This document shows positions 24,891 to 33,138 of a DNA stretch of 36,068 bases, piece after piece. This stretch comes from Patescibacteria group bacterium. Its GTDB lineage: Bacteria; Patescibacteriota; Minisyncoccia; Phycocordibacterales; UBA9973. The stretch spans positions 1 through 36,068 of the forward strand of contig JBDRFV010000004.1 of NCBI GenBank assembly GCA_043818335.1, written 5' to 3'. Every line of letters starts with the position of its first letter. Positions within the stretch are counted from its first letter, which is position 1. The notes beneath the pieces are model-generated. The model was not told the origin of the DNA. It saw only the letters and a program-made list of their open reading frames with translations, and did no database searches. Both the position numbers and the translations under genes were made by a program.

Positions 24891-25754
24891 ATGGTTAAAA
24901 ATATAAAAAAAATAAGCGTTTTAATTTTATTATTAGCTGTTTTTGTTTTAACACCAAGTTTAGTTTCTGCCCATCAGCCAAGAATTACTGACAGTACTGA
25001 AATTACTGTTGTTGATCCAGAAATATCAAAAGCATATTATGGACAACTTTCTGGAGATTTTGATTTATATACAATAAATTCAGAACAGCCTTTTGATTTT
25101 TATGTAAATATTTTAGTTCCAGATATTATTGATCAAAAAACTGATTTGTTTGCTCTTATTGTAAAAGATAAAAAAGACCAAGAACCGTTTGCTTTTCTGA
25201 ATGGTGTTGATTTTGAATGGCAAAAATTTCATGAACCATTTGGAAATGATGATTATTTAATGGGACCAGAATATAAAGTTCAAGCTGAAGCTGGAGATTA
25301 TGATATTTATGTTTGGAGTAATGATAATACTAATAAATATGCTTTAGCAATTGGTGAAAAAGAAAATTTTGATTTTAAAGAAATAGTAAATGCTATTACT
25401 TTAATTCCTAAAATTAAGAAAAACTTTTTTAATGAGTCACCAGTTAATTTTATTTTCTCACCATTTGGTTGGGGATATATTTTAATAATGTTTGCTTTTG
25501 CTTTTATTGTAGGTTTTATTTATAGATTAATAATTAGAAAATTAGCTAAAAATTCTAACAGACGTGTTGGGAAAAATATAAATAAAAAAGATAGACTAAT
25601 TCGTTTGGCTTTAGCTGTAATTTTATTATTAGTAGCTATTTTGACAAATTGGTGTGCTATTCTGATATTCTTTGCGGGATTTTGTTTATTTGAAGCTATA
25701 TTTAGCTGGTGTGGACTTTATGTTGCACTTGGTAAAAATACTTGTCCTGTTTAA
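24891..25754 (+). CDS. Exported protein with a C-terminal DUF2892-like (YgaP-like) membrane domain
   Basis: Signal peptide ending SLVSA|HQPR. The C-terminus RLIRLALAVILLLVAILTNW...CGLYVALGKNTCP resembles DUF2892. Confidence 0.6.
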   Translation: MVKNIKKISVLILLLAVFVLTPSLVSAHQPRITDSTEITVVDPEISKAYYGQLSGDFDLYTINSEQPFDFYVNILVPDIIDQKTDLFALIVKDKKDQEPFAFLNGVDFEWQKFHEPFGNDDYLMGPEYKVQAEAGDYDIYVWSNDNTNKYALAIGEKENFDFKEIVNAITLIPKIKKNFFNESPVNFIFSPFGWGYILIMFAFAFIVGFIYRLIIRKLAKNSNRRVGKNINKKDRLIRLALAVILLLVAILTNWCAILIFFAGFCLFEAIFSWCGLYVALGKNTCPV

Positions 25755-25757
25755 TTT

Positions 25758-25766
25758 TGTTATAAT
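25758..25766 (+). promoter_or_regulatory. Extended -10 box TGTTATAAT
   Basis: 43 nt upstream of the ATG at 25810. Confidence 0.4.
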
Positions 25767-25809
25767 TAAAGTATTATTAATTTATTTTAAAAATATATGA
25801 ATAAAAAAT

Positions 25810-26544
25810 ATGAATAAAAAAGGAAAACTTTTAGTATTAGCGTTTATTTTGTTAGTTTTATTACTAATATGGGTAATAACTTATTTTAAAAATAATAAAG
25901 AAGAAGTAGAAGAAGTAGAAGAAGTTATTCCAGAACAATCATCAATTGTAGCTCGTTTTGATTGTGCAAATGGAAGTTTTATTGATGCTGAGTTTAATAA
26001 TAATCAAGAACAAAAATCTGTTGATTTAACTTTAAGCGATGCGAGGAAATTTACTCTACCTGAAGTTATTTCTGCTTCGGGGGCAAGATATGCGAATGCA
26101 GATGAAAGTTTTGTTTTTTGGAATAAAGACGATACGGCATTTATAGAAGAAGGTGGCCAAACTACTTATACTGATTGTGTTATGAAAAAAGTAGAAGATA
26201 CTAATTTAATTGGCGGTGATGCAGACGAACATGGTTGTCTTGCAAGCGCAGGATATTCTTGGTGTAAAATAAAAAGTAAATGCTTAAGAGCTTGGGAAGA
26301 AGCTTGTGAAGTTTCTAATCTTGTTTCACCAGTTAAAAAATTAGTTATAAAAAACGAGACTATTTGTAAGGAAAATAATGGTGTTTGGTATTCAGACGAT
26401 AAAATTTGTGAAATAAATTCTTTTTTAAAAACAGAATGTGTAGAAAAAGGTGGAGTTCATAATGATTGTGCTTCAGCCTGTCGTCATGATCCAGATGCAG
26501 AGATTTGTACTTTGCAATGTGTTATAACTTGTAGTTTTAAGTAA
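25810..26544 (+). CDS. Membrane-anchored MliC-like domain protein with a Cys-rich C-terminal half
   Basis: FDCANG...LPEVISASGARYANADESFVFWNKDDTAF...YTDC resembles lysozyme-inhibitor MliC domains. 15 Cys after the anchor. Confidence 0.55.
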   Translation: MNKKGKLLVLAFILLVLLLIWVITYFKNNKEEVEEVEEVIPEQSSIVARFDCANGSFIDAEFNNNQEQKSVDLTLSDARKFTLPEVISASGARYANADESFVFWNKDDTAFIEEGGQTTYTDCVMKKVEDTNLIGGDADEHGCLASAGYSWCKIKSKCLRAWEEACEVSNLVSPVKKLVIKNETICKENNGVWYSDDKICEINSFLKTECVEKGGVHNDCASACRHDPDAEICTLQCVITCSFK

Positions 26545-26557
26545 ATTTGAAAAACTT

Positions 26558-26586
26558 TTGACAGTTTGTTTTTAATATGCTATTAT
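26558..26586 (+). promoter_or_regulatory. Promoter TTGACA-N17-TGcTATTAT of small-protein cassette B
   Basis: Exact -35 hexamer, 17-nt spacer and an extended -10. Confidence 0.6.
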
Positions 26587-26635
26587 TTTAGTAGAAATTA
26601 TTTGTTTTTATTAAATAAAAAATAGGAGGTCTAAA

Positions 26636-26830
26636 ATGGCTAAAGGAAGTAGGAAATCAAAGAAATCTCCCCAGGGATTTTTTCTTTTTTTTAAACCGTT
26701 GAAAAAGCAACTTGGGAAACAAATCCCAATTTTTTCGGGCTCAAAGAAAGAAGCTGACGGCTATGCGCTGTCTAATTTCACAAAAGACGAGCTTGCGGAG
26801 ATTGAGGAATCACAGCCTCTTCGTCCTTAA
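26636..26830 (+). CDS. Small basic/acidic bipartite protein, copy B (64 aa)
   Basis: AGGAGG lies 6 nt upstream. Paralog of 23229..23426. Confidence 0.7.
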   Translation: MAKGSRKSKKSPQGFFLFFKPLKKQLGKQIPIFSGSKKEADGYALSNFTKDELAEIEESQPLRP

Positions 26831-26848
26831 GTATCATAGACAAAATAC

Positions 26849-26882
26849 AGCCGTGTTGTTCATTCAGCATGGCTTTTGTTTT
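26849..26882 (+). terminator. Terminator of cassette B
   Basis: Same hairpin sequence as 23445-23478. Confidence 0.65.
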
Positions 26883-26887
26883 GCTTG

Positions 26888-26896
26888 TGGTATAAT
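26888..26896 (+). promoter_or_regulatory. Extended -10 box TGGTATAAT
   Basis: 40 nt upstream of the ATG at 26937. Confidence 0.45.
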
Positions 26897-26936
26897 TAAA
26901 CTATTAGAAAAGTTATTTAAATTTTTGTTAATTGTT

Positions 26937-27530
26937 ATGAAAAAGAAAAAAATAATTATAATAGTGCTTATTATTATCGCAGTTTTAGTAGTTTTATTTA
27001 CAGTTCGAATTCCTAAACAAAATAAAACATCTGTAGAGCAAACTGGTTTAATTAATGAAGAAGAGAAAAAGATAGTAACTGATGATTTTGAGATTGTTCT
27101 TCCTGCGGGCTGGGAGAAAACTACACCGGCGATGGGAACTTCGGCAATGGCCGTTAAAATTAATGAAGATTTAAACGATCCTACAGCGCAGAAAATTAAT
27201 TTTAGAAGTTATTTTGCTGTAAGTTATGACACACTTCAAGATAAAACTATGCCCGAATATCTAGAAATTCTTAAAAATGGAGTAAAGCAGACTGCTTCAG
27301 GTGTTGTCTTAACTAAAGATGAAGATTTAACAATAAATAACAAACTAGCTCATGTTATAGAAGCAAAAATAGCTCAGCAGGGAGCAGATTTTAAAGTTTT
27401 ACTAATAATAATTACTGGACAAGAAAAAGATGTTTGGGTAATGTCTTTTAACACAACTCAAGGCAAATGGGAAGAATACAAAGATGTTTTTTATGGTATA
27501 GCTAATAGTTTTAAGTTAAAAATGTTATAA
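26937..27530 (+). CDS. Membrane-anchored exported protein (197 aa), PsbP/DcrB-like pattern
   Basis: I chose the internal ATG of track ORF 26712..27530. It follows the terminator and promoter and begins MKKKKIIIIVLIIIAVLVVLF. The longer form would overlap the small gene and its terminator. Confidence 0.65.
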   Translation: MKKKKIIIIVLIIIAVLVVLFTVRIPKQNKTSVEQTGLINEEEKKIVTDDFEIVLPAGWEKTTPAMGTSAMAVKINEDLNDPTAQKINFRSYFAVSYDTLQDKTMPEYLEILKNGVKQTASGVVLTKDEDLTINNKLAHVIEAKIAQQGADFKVLLIIITGQEKDVWVMSFNTTQGKWEEYKDVFYGIANSFKLKML

Positions 27531-27531
27531 T
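27523..27531 (+). promoter_or_regulatory. Extended -10 box TGTTATAAT
   Basis: Overlaps the stop codon of the preceding gene, 42 nt upstream of the ATG at 27574. Confidence 0.45.
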
Positions 27532-27573
27532 TTAGTATATTAGAAAAGTTTTATTAATTAAAATAAATATATT

Positions 27574-27933
27574 ATGAAAACAAAAATATTTTTTATCGTG
27601 GCGAAAGTTAGTGTAATTTTAATAGTATTATTTACAACTGTTTTTAGAGTTACAGAAATAATACTTTTCAAAGGTACAGAAGGTTATTCATTACTTTATA
27701 ACATTTCTGGAATGTTGTTTTTACTTGCTTTGTTAGCAGTTTTTTATTTTGTTTTACAAACAAGAAAGAAATGGGGGTTTTGGTATAGTATTATTATGTC
27801 ATTTTTCTTGCTTTTAGCTTATTTATTTAAAACTCCTTTTAATTGGTTCTATGCTGGAGTTGTGATTCTTTCTGTAATTCTAATTATTTCTTTATTTATT
27901 ATCAGGAAAGATTTTAAGAAGATAATAGTATAA
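27574..27933 (+). CDS. Hypothetical multi-pass membrane protein, copy B (119 aa)
   Basis: Paralog of 24529..24888. Confidence 0.7.
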   Translation: MKTKIFFIVAKVSVILIVLFTTVFRVTEIILFKGTEGYSLLYNISGMLFLLALLAVFYFVLQTRKKWGFWYSIIMSFFLLLAYLFKTPFNWFYAGVVILSVILIISLFIIRKDFKKIIV

Positions 27934-27946
27934 ATATAAAAAAAAT

Positions 27947-29515
27947 ATGAAAAAAAAGAAAGTTTTTTATATTAGTATAGCCATTTTGGTTTTTATACTT
28001 ATCATTTTTGTTTTATATAAAATTGGAGAAAATGAGGAGCAGAAAGCTGTTTTGGAAAGTGAAACAGAAAAGCTTGGAACAAGTGAACAAAACGAAGTAG
28101 AAATAGAAAACATAAAAGAGAAATTAGTAGGAAAAAATACAGTACAAAATACAAGTTGGGTTTTGTATAAAGATCCTCATGGTTTTTCAATAACTAAACC
28201 TACAGATTGGCAAGTCAAAGTTGATAGTTCAGGATTAATTCTTATCGGCGCTGATCCTTCAACAAAAAAAGGCCCTATTGTTTTTATGGAGACGCTAATT
28301 TCTTCAGAACCTCAAACAAATCAGCAGGTTCTTGATAGTGTAAAAAATGATTTAAAAAAAGTATTCCCAAATTTTGAAATAGTTAATACAAGAACAATAG
28401 GCCAGTATAAATCATTGGTCGGTCAGATAAAATATACAGGTAGTGAACATACTGGCGTTATTCTTGTTTCTGTTGATAAAAATAATGCTTTTGTTTCTGG
28501 AATAGCTGATGAAAAAGAAAATTTTGAGTCAGCACGACCTGATTTATTGAAAACTCTTTCTACTTTTCAATATAATAATTCTTTAAAAGATGTGTCAAAA
28601 GTAGCGGGAGTTGTTCGAATGGTGCCATGGAAAGATCCCAAAGAAGGAGCTTTTACTCTTAATGTTCCCAGTGGTTGGAATATTTCCGGTGGAACAGTTA
28701 GACCATATATTGATGCGGCAACAAAAATTATTGCCACATTAGGTAATAAAGGAATTCAAATTGAAAATATATATTCGCCTATTTTTGAAGCACCAAATGC
28801 TGTGACTGAATTTGCTGGATTTCCTGAAGGTTCGCATTATAATCCTTCCGGTGGTATTAGCCAAGATATGATTATTATGTCCGAACGTAATGCTGGAGAA
28901 TATATAAGAACGCTTTTGCCTAATTATTTAAATTTAAATTTTAAAAATATAAAATCAAGGCCAGATATAGCCGAAAAAATAACTAAATTAGTATACAATA
29001 CTGAACCGAGTGTTGCAGAAGCTTCGGCAACTGGAAATGATGGATTAATACATAAAGTGCTTGTGACAAAACAAGGAATGAGTATTAGTGGAATTGTATT
29101 ATGGTATGTTTGTTTGACTCATTATTGGGCGCCAGAAAGCGATATATCGACAGTTGAAAATATTATTGAACAAATGGGTAATTCTTTTAAAATTGATTCT
29201 ACTTGGGCTAATCGTGAAGCGCAGGAGGTGGCAAAAAGAAGTCAGATTATCAGCCAGACTGGCGCGGAAATTTCCGATATAATATCTTCTACTTTTGAAT
29301 ATCAATCGCAAGTGCAGGATAAGATATCAGATAAGTTTTCTAATGCAATGTTAGGCGTGGAAGATGTTTATAATCAAGAAACTGGAGAAAGTTACAGAGT
29401 TCCTAATACTTCTAATTATTATTGGACAGATGGTTATAATTTTATTGTTGGCACAGAAACACATGATGTACCAACTAATTTAGATAATTGGACTGAACTA
29501 ATACCAATAGAATAG
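27947..29515 (+). CDS. Membrane-anchored exported protein (522 aa), unknown function
   Basis: N-terminal TM helix, then a long non-repetitive ectodomain with two P-x-x-W strand motifs (KPTDWQV, VPSGWNI). Confidence 0.65.
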   Translation: MKKKKVFYISIAILVFILIIFVLYKIGENEEQKAVLESETEKLGTSEQNEVEIENIKEKLVGKNTVQNTSWVLYKDPHGFSITKPTDWQVKVDSSGLILIGADPSTKKGPIVFMETLISSEPQTNQQVLDSVKNDLKKVFPNFEIVNTRTIGQYKSLVGQIKYTGSEHTGVILVSVDKNNAFVSGIADEKENFESARPDLLKTLSTFQYNNSLKDVSKVAGVVRMVPWKDPKEGAFTLNVPSGWNISGGTVRPYIDAATKIIATLGNKGIQIENIYSPIFEAPNAVTEFAGFPEGSHYNPSGGISQDMIIMSERNAGEYIRTLLPNYLNLNFKNIKSRPDIAEKITKLVYNTEPSVAEASATGNDGLIHKVLVTKQGMSISGIVLWYVCLTHYWAPESDISTVENIIEQMGNSFKIDSTWANREAQEVAKRSQIISQTGAEISDIISSTFEYQSQVQDKISDKFSNAMLGVEDVYNQETGESYRVPNTSNYYWTDGYNFIVGTETHDVPTNLDNWTELIPIE

Positions 29516-29608
29516 ATCCGATTCCTAATATTGTTATTTTTTTATTTTTTGTTAGAATTTAAGTAAAGGTCTAAATAAGTATATTATAAGATTTAATTTT
29601 AAAATAAT

Positions 29609-29857
29609 ATGGAAAAAGAAATAGGAAAAGTAACACATTATTATGACAAAATAAATGTTGCGGTGATTAAACTTGATGGAAAGCTTAAAAAAGGGGATAA
29701 AATAAAAATAAAAAAAGGGGACGAAGAAATTGAAGAAGTAATAAATTCAATGCAGATAGATCATAAAGATGTGGATTCTGCGAAAAAGAGAGACGATGTT
29801 GCGATTAAATTAATACATAAAACAAAAGAAGGCGCGATTGTTTTTCTTATTGAATAA
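29609..29857 (+). CDS. Small beta-barrel protein resembling EF-Tu domain 2 (translation elongation factor-like protein)
   Basis: 82 aa. The pattern IGKVTHYYDKINVAVIKLDGKLKKGDKIKI...VAIKL is typical of stand-alone translation-factor domain II-like barrels. Confidence 0.5.
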   Translation: MEKEIGKVTHYYDKINVAVIKLDGKLKKGDKIKIKKGDEEIEEVINSMQIDHKDVDSAKKRDDVAIKLIHKTKEGAIVFLIE

Positions 29858-29871
29858 TAATTAAAAAAAAT

Positions 29872-30015
29872 ATGGTTAAAAAAATAATAATTTTTGTTTT
29901 TGCAACAGGTGTAATGATTTTAGGAGTTTACTTTTCTATGGATTATCTAAAAGAAAAGGGTTTAATTAAAAATGATAATACACAAATTGTTGGTGAAGAT
30001 AAGATACAGATGTAA
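29872..30015 (+). CDS. Possible 47-aa single-pass membrane peptide (MVKKIIIFVFATGVMILGVYFSMDYLKEKG...)
   Basis: Hand-translated ORF below the track cutoff, followed by a terminator. Resembles the ORF at 186..329. Confidence 0.35.
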   Translation: MVKKIIIFVFATGVMILGVYFSMDYLKEKGLIKNDNTQIVGEDKIQM

Positions 30016-30027
30016 ATTCAATATAAT

Positions 30028-30050
30028 GCGGACAGAAATGTTCGCTTTTT
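30028..30050 (+). terminator. Rho-independent terminator overlapping the priA stop codon
   Basis: gcggac-agaaat-gttcgc followed by TTTTT. Confidence 0.6.
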
Positions 30051-32046
30051 ATATTATATCTTCAGGATCTATGTTAATTAAAAATTTTGAATTTAGCGAA
30101 AGAAGTTTTTCTGATAAAACTTCATCTATTTGTGAATTATGAGAAAGTTCAGGGATTGACCAGTTAGTCGGCTCTGTTTTTATTAAGCAGTTAGTTATAA
30201 ATTTATCTTTTAATTTTGCTAAAAAACCACTAAAAATTTCTGGATTATATTCTTTAAAATTCTCTGTAAAATACTTTCTAGCATTTTCTGTTTCTAATTT
30301 ATTTCCCATAAAGCTTATTTTAATGAATCTTTTATAGGGCGGATAGCCTAATTTTTTCCTGTCTTCTAGCTCTTCTCGCACAAAAGAGACTAAATTATCT
30401 ATTTTTACAGCATTAATTACGCTATCTTCTTTATTTTTAGTTTCAATAATAAGCTGGTCTTTTGTTTTTGATAAAATAGAAATTAAAATATGAATAATTT
30501 TTTCGCTTATTCTAAAATTTGGAATACTCCAGAGAGAATCAAAAGAAGCAATAACAGTAAGTGGTAATTTTTCTTTTAAATAATGCAAAGCCATTTCAGT
30601 TCCGATTAAAATAGAACTTTTAGATTGTTCAAAATCTTTTATAATTTTTTCAGCTTCTTTTGTTGTTTTTACAGACTCTCTGTCTAATTTAAATATTTTA
30701 GTTTTAGGAAATAATTTTTTAATTTCTTCATACACAGTGTCAGTTCCAATTCCAAGTGGTATCAAATTCCAACTATTACATTTTCTACACGTTATTTCTG
30801 AACTTTTTTCTGTTCCACATTTATTACAAATAAAAATTCTTTTTTTACTATCTTTTGTTTTATAAAGAGTTACAGGTGCTAGGCATTTTTCGCATAATAC
30901 TAATTCAGCACAATCTCTACATATAGTCATTGTGGCCAATCCTTTTCTAAGTGCAAAAATAAAGATATTTTGATTTTGTTCTAATATTTTTTGTATTTCA
31001 AGTTTTGTGTTTTGTGTTAATATTTTAAATTTTTTATTATCTAATTTTACTTCTGTTAGTTTTTCTACTAATTCATTTTTGTCAAAAATTTTAATTTCAC
31101 CATTAAAATTAGTTTTAAACGAAAGGGGAGTTATTTCACCCAGATTATCAATTTCTTTTCTAGCTATTGTTTCTAAGCTTAAAAATGTATCTGCAAGTAT
31201 TAATTTCGCCCTAATATTAAAAGCAAAAACTTCAGCAAAAATTTTTAAATTTAAATTAGGTTTTTTAATTGTTTTATAACTATTAGAACTTTCATGCTCT
31301 AATATTATAGTTTTAAAATCTTTTCTTGGTATAGACAAAAACGGAGCTGTTCCCAATACAATAACAGGATGATCGCAACTTATTATATTCTTAATTATTT
31401 CTATCTGCTTCTTTTTTGTAATATTTCCATGTATTTTAAAAACAAAATCTTCTAAACCCTTAGAAAGTAAATCATAAAAATTTTCTATATCTTTTTCTGT
31501 AGGTAATATCATAAAAATAGATTTTTTTTCTGCAAAAGAACTTCTTATGAGTATTTTATAAGAAGCAATTCTATCTTCTAGAGAAGCTTGAAAAATTTCT
31601 TTTTCTGATTTTATATTTGTATCATCTGCTATGTTGTTTTCTATATTTTTTATTTTATTTTTTTTGTTTTTACTATTTTTTTTATTTTTTATTATTTTTG
31701 ATATTTCATCATATTCGTCTATCATTACAGAAGGAATTAATAAAGATATAATTTGTTGTTTTTTTACAGCAAAATATTTACTAACTGAAATTAAAGATTC
31801 TAAAAACTCAGTTAAAAAAATAGATTTTTCTTTTACTTCGTTTATTTTTTTTAAATTAAAAGGCATATCTTTTATGCTTGATTTTTCTTTTAAAACATCT
31901 TCTGTATAGACCACAAGTCCTAAGTTTTTTTTATTTCTGATAGATATATCAACTATACTGCCGATTTCTATATTTTTAGAGCTGAAATATGTAAATTCCT
32001 CTTTTAGAAGGCCTTTTTTAAATGGCATAACAGTAACTATTTGCAT
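30049..32046 (-). CDS. priA: Primosomal protein N' (PriA)-like protein with degenerate ATPase motifs
   Basis: Cys-rich region CRDC...CEKC...CNKC...CRKC and overall collinearity with PriA (HGNITKKKQ..., LGTAPFLSIP, GYPPY). GxGKT and DEEH are not visible at the expected places. Confidence 0.75.
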   Translation of the reverse strand: MQIVTVMPFKKGLLKEEFTYFSSKNIEIGSIVDISIRNKKNLGLVVYTEDVLKEKSSIKDMPFNLKKINEVKEKSIFLTEFLESLISVSKYFAVKKQQIISLLIPSVMIDEYDEISKIIKNKKNSKNKKNKIKNIENNIADDTNIKSEKEIFQASLEDRIASYKILIRSSFAEKKSIFMILPTEKDIENFYDLLSKGLEDFVFKIHGNITKKKQIEIIKNIISCDHPVIVLGTAPFLSIPRKDFKTIILEHESSNSYKTIKKPNLNLKIFAEVFAFNIRAKLILADTFLSLETIARKEIDNLGEITPLSFKTNFNGEIKIFDKNELVEKLTEVKLDNKKFKILTQNTKLEIQKILEQNQNIFIFALRKGLATMTICRDCAELVLCEKCLAPVTLYKTKDSKKRIFICNKCGTEKSSEITCRKCNSWNLIPLGIGTDTVYEEIKKLFPKTKIFKLDRESVKTTKEAEKIIKDFEQSKSSILIGTEMALHYLKEKLPLTVIASFDSLWSIPNFRISEKIIHILISILSKTKDQLIIETKNKEDSVINAVKIDNLVSFVREELEDRKKLGYPPYKRFIKISFMGNKLETENARKYFTENFKEYNPEIFSGFLAKLKDKFITNCLIKTEPTNWSIPELSHNSQIDEVLSEKLLSLNSKFLINIDPEDII

Positions 32047-32052
32047 GTTTTT

Positions 32053-32061
32053 ATTTTAACA
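32053..32061 (-). promoter_or_regulatory. Extended -10 box TGTTAAAAT (minus strand), 6 nt before the priA ATG
   Basis: The minus strand reads cttgTGtTAAAATaaaaacATG. Confidence 0.5.
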
Positions 32062-32068
32062 CAAGTTG

Positions 32069-32077
32069 TGATATATT
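32069..32077 (+). promoter_or_regulatory. Extended -10 box TGATATATT, 6 nt before the mreB ATG
   Basis: The plus strand reads gtTGaTATATTtatcccATG. Confidence 0.5.
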
Positions 32078-32083
32078 TATCCC

Positions 32084-33097
32084 ATGGGTATTTTTTCAAA
32101 AAAATTAGGAATAGATCTAGGAACTGCTAATACTTTAGTTTATATTCCAGGAAAAGGAGTTATTTTAAACGAGCCTTCTGTTGTTGCTGTTTCTGAGCAA
32201 GATAATAAAATTATAGCAATTGGAGTAGAAGCAAAAAATATGATGGGAAAAACGCCGGATTCTATTATTGCTTACCGTCCGATGAAAGATGGTGTGATAG
32301 CAGATTATAGAATTACAGAAGCAATGCTTAGATATTTTATAAACAAAGCAATGGGAAGATGGAATATTTTTAAACCAGACGTAATGATTTCAGTTCCAGC
32401 TGGTGTTACTTCAACAGAAAGAAGAGCAGTTGTTGAAGTTGCAGTTCGTGCTGGAGCCAGAAATGCTTTCGTTGTTAAAGAACCAATTTTAGCAGCAATT
32501 GGTGCAGGTATCCCGATTCATGAATCAAAAGGCCACATGATTGTAGATATTGGTGGTGGCACGACTGATGTTGCTGTTATTTCTTTGGGTGGAATAGTTG
32601 CTTGTACTTCAGTAAAGTGTGCTGGAAATAAAATTGATCAAGCAATTACTGATTATATAAAAAAAACTTTTAATTTAGCCATAGGTGACAGAACAGCAGA
32701 AGAAGTAAAAATAAAAATTGGTGGAGCGGTTCATTTAGAAGAAGAAATAAGAGTAACAATAAAAGGAAGAGATCATATTCAAGGACTTCCAAGGTCTGTT
32801 CAGGTTTCTACTAATGACATAGTAAAAGCAATAGATAATGAGCTAAAACAAATTATAAAAGCAATAAAAGACGTATTACAAGAAACTCCACCAGAACTTG
32901 CTTCTGATATTATTGATCATGGAATAATTATGACAGGAGGTTCTTCTATGCTTAGAAATCTTCCTGATTTAGTTCATAGAAAAATTGGAGTAAAAGCTTT
33001 TCTTGCTGAAGACTCACTTTATTGTGTTGCAAAAGGAACAGGAATTGCACTTATACATTTAGATGTTTATAAAAAAACTGTTTTAAGTAAAAGATAG
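32084..33097 (+). CDS. mreB: Rod shape-determining protein MreB
   Basis: GIDLGTANTLVY, DGVIADY, DIGGGTTDVAVISLGG and TGGSSMLRNL. Confidence 0.95.
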   Translation: MGIFSKKLGIDLGTANTLVYIPGKGVILNEPSVVAVSEQDNKIIAIGVEAKNMMGKTPDSIIAYRPMKDGVIADYRITEAMLRYFINKAMGRWNIFKPDVMISVPAGVTSTERRAVVEVAVRAGARNAFVVKEPILAAIGAGIPIHESKGHMIVDIGGGTTDVAVISLGGIVACTSVKCAGNKIDQAITDYIKKTFNLAIGDRTAEEVKIKIGGAVHLEEEIRVTIKGRDHIQGLPRSVQVSTNDIVKAIDNELKQIIKAIKDVLQETPPELASDIIDHGIIMTGGSSMLRNLPDLVHRKIGVKAFLAEDSLYCVAKGTGIALIHLDVYKKTVLSKR

Positions 33098-33138
33098 TTT
33101 AAGCTAAATTAGATTAATAAATAAATAAATAAATAAAG

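Noticed and set aside
26712-26936. N-terminal 75 codons of track ORF 26712..27530
   Set aside because: This extension overlaps small-protein gene B in another frame, plus its terminator and the TGGTATAAT box. The ATG at 26937 gives a normal signal-anchor start.
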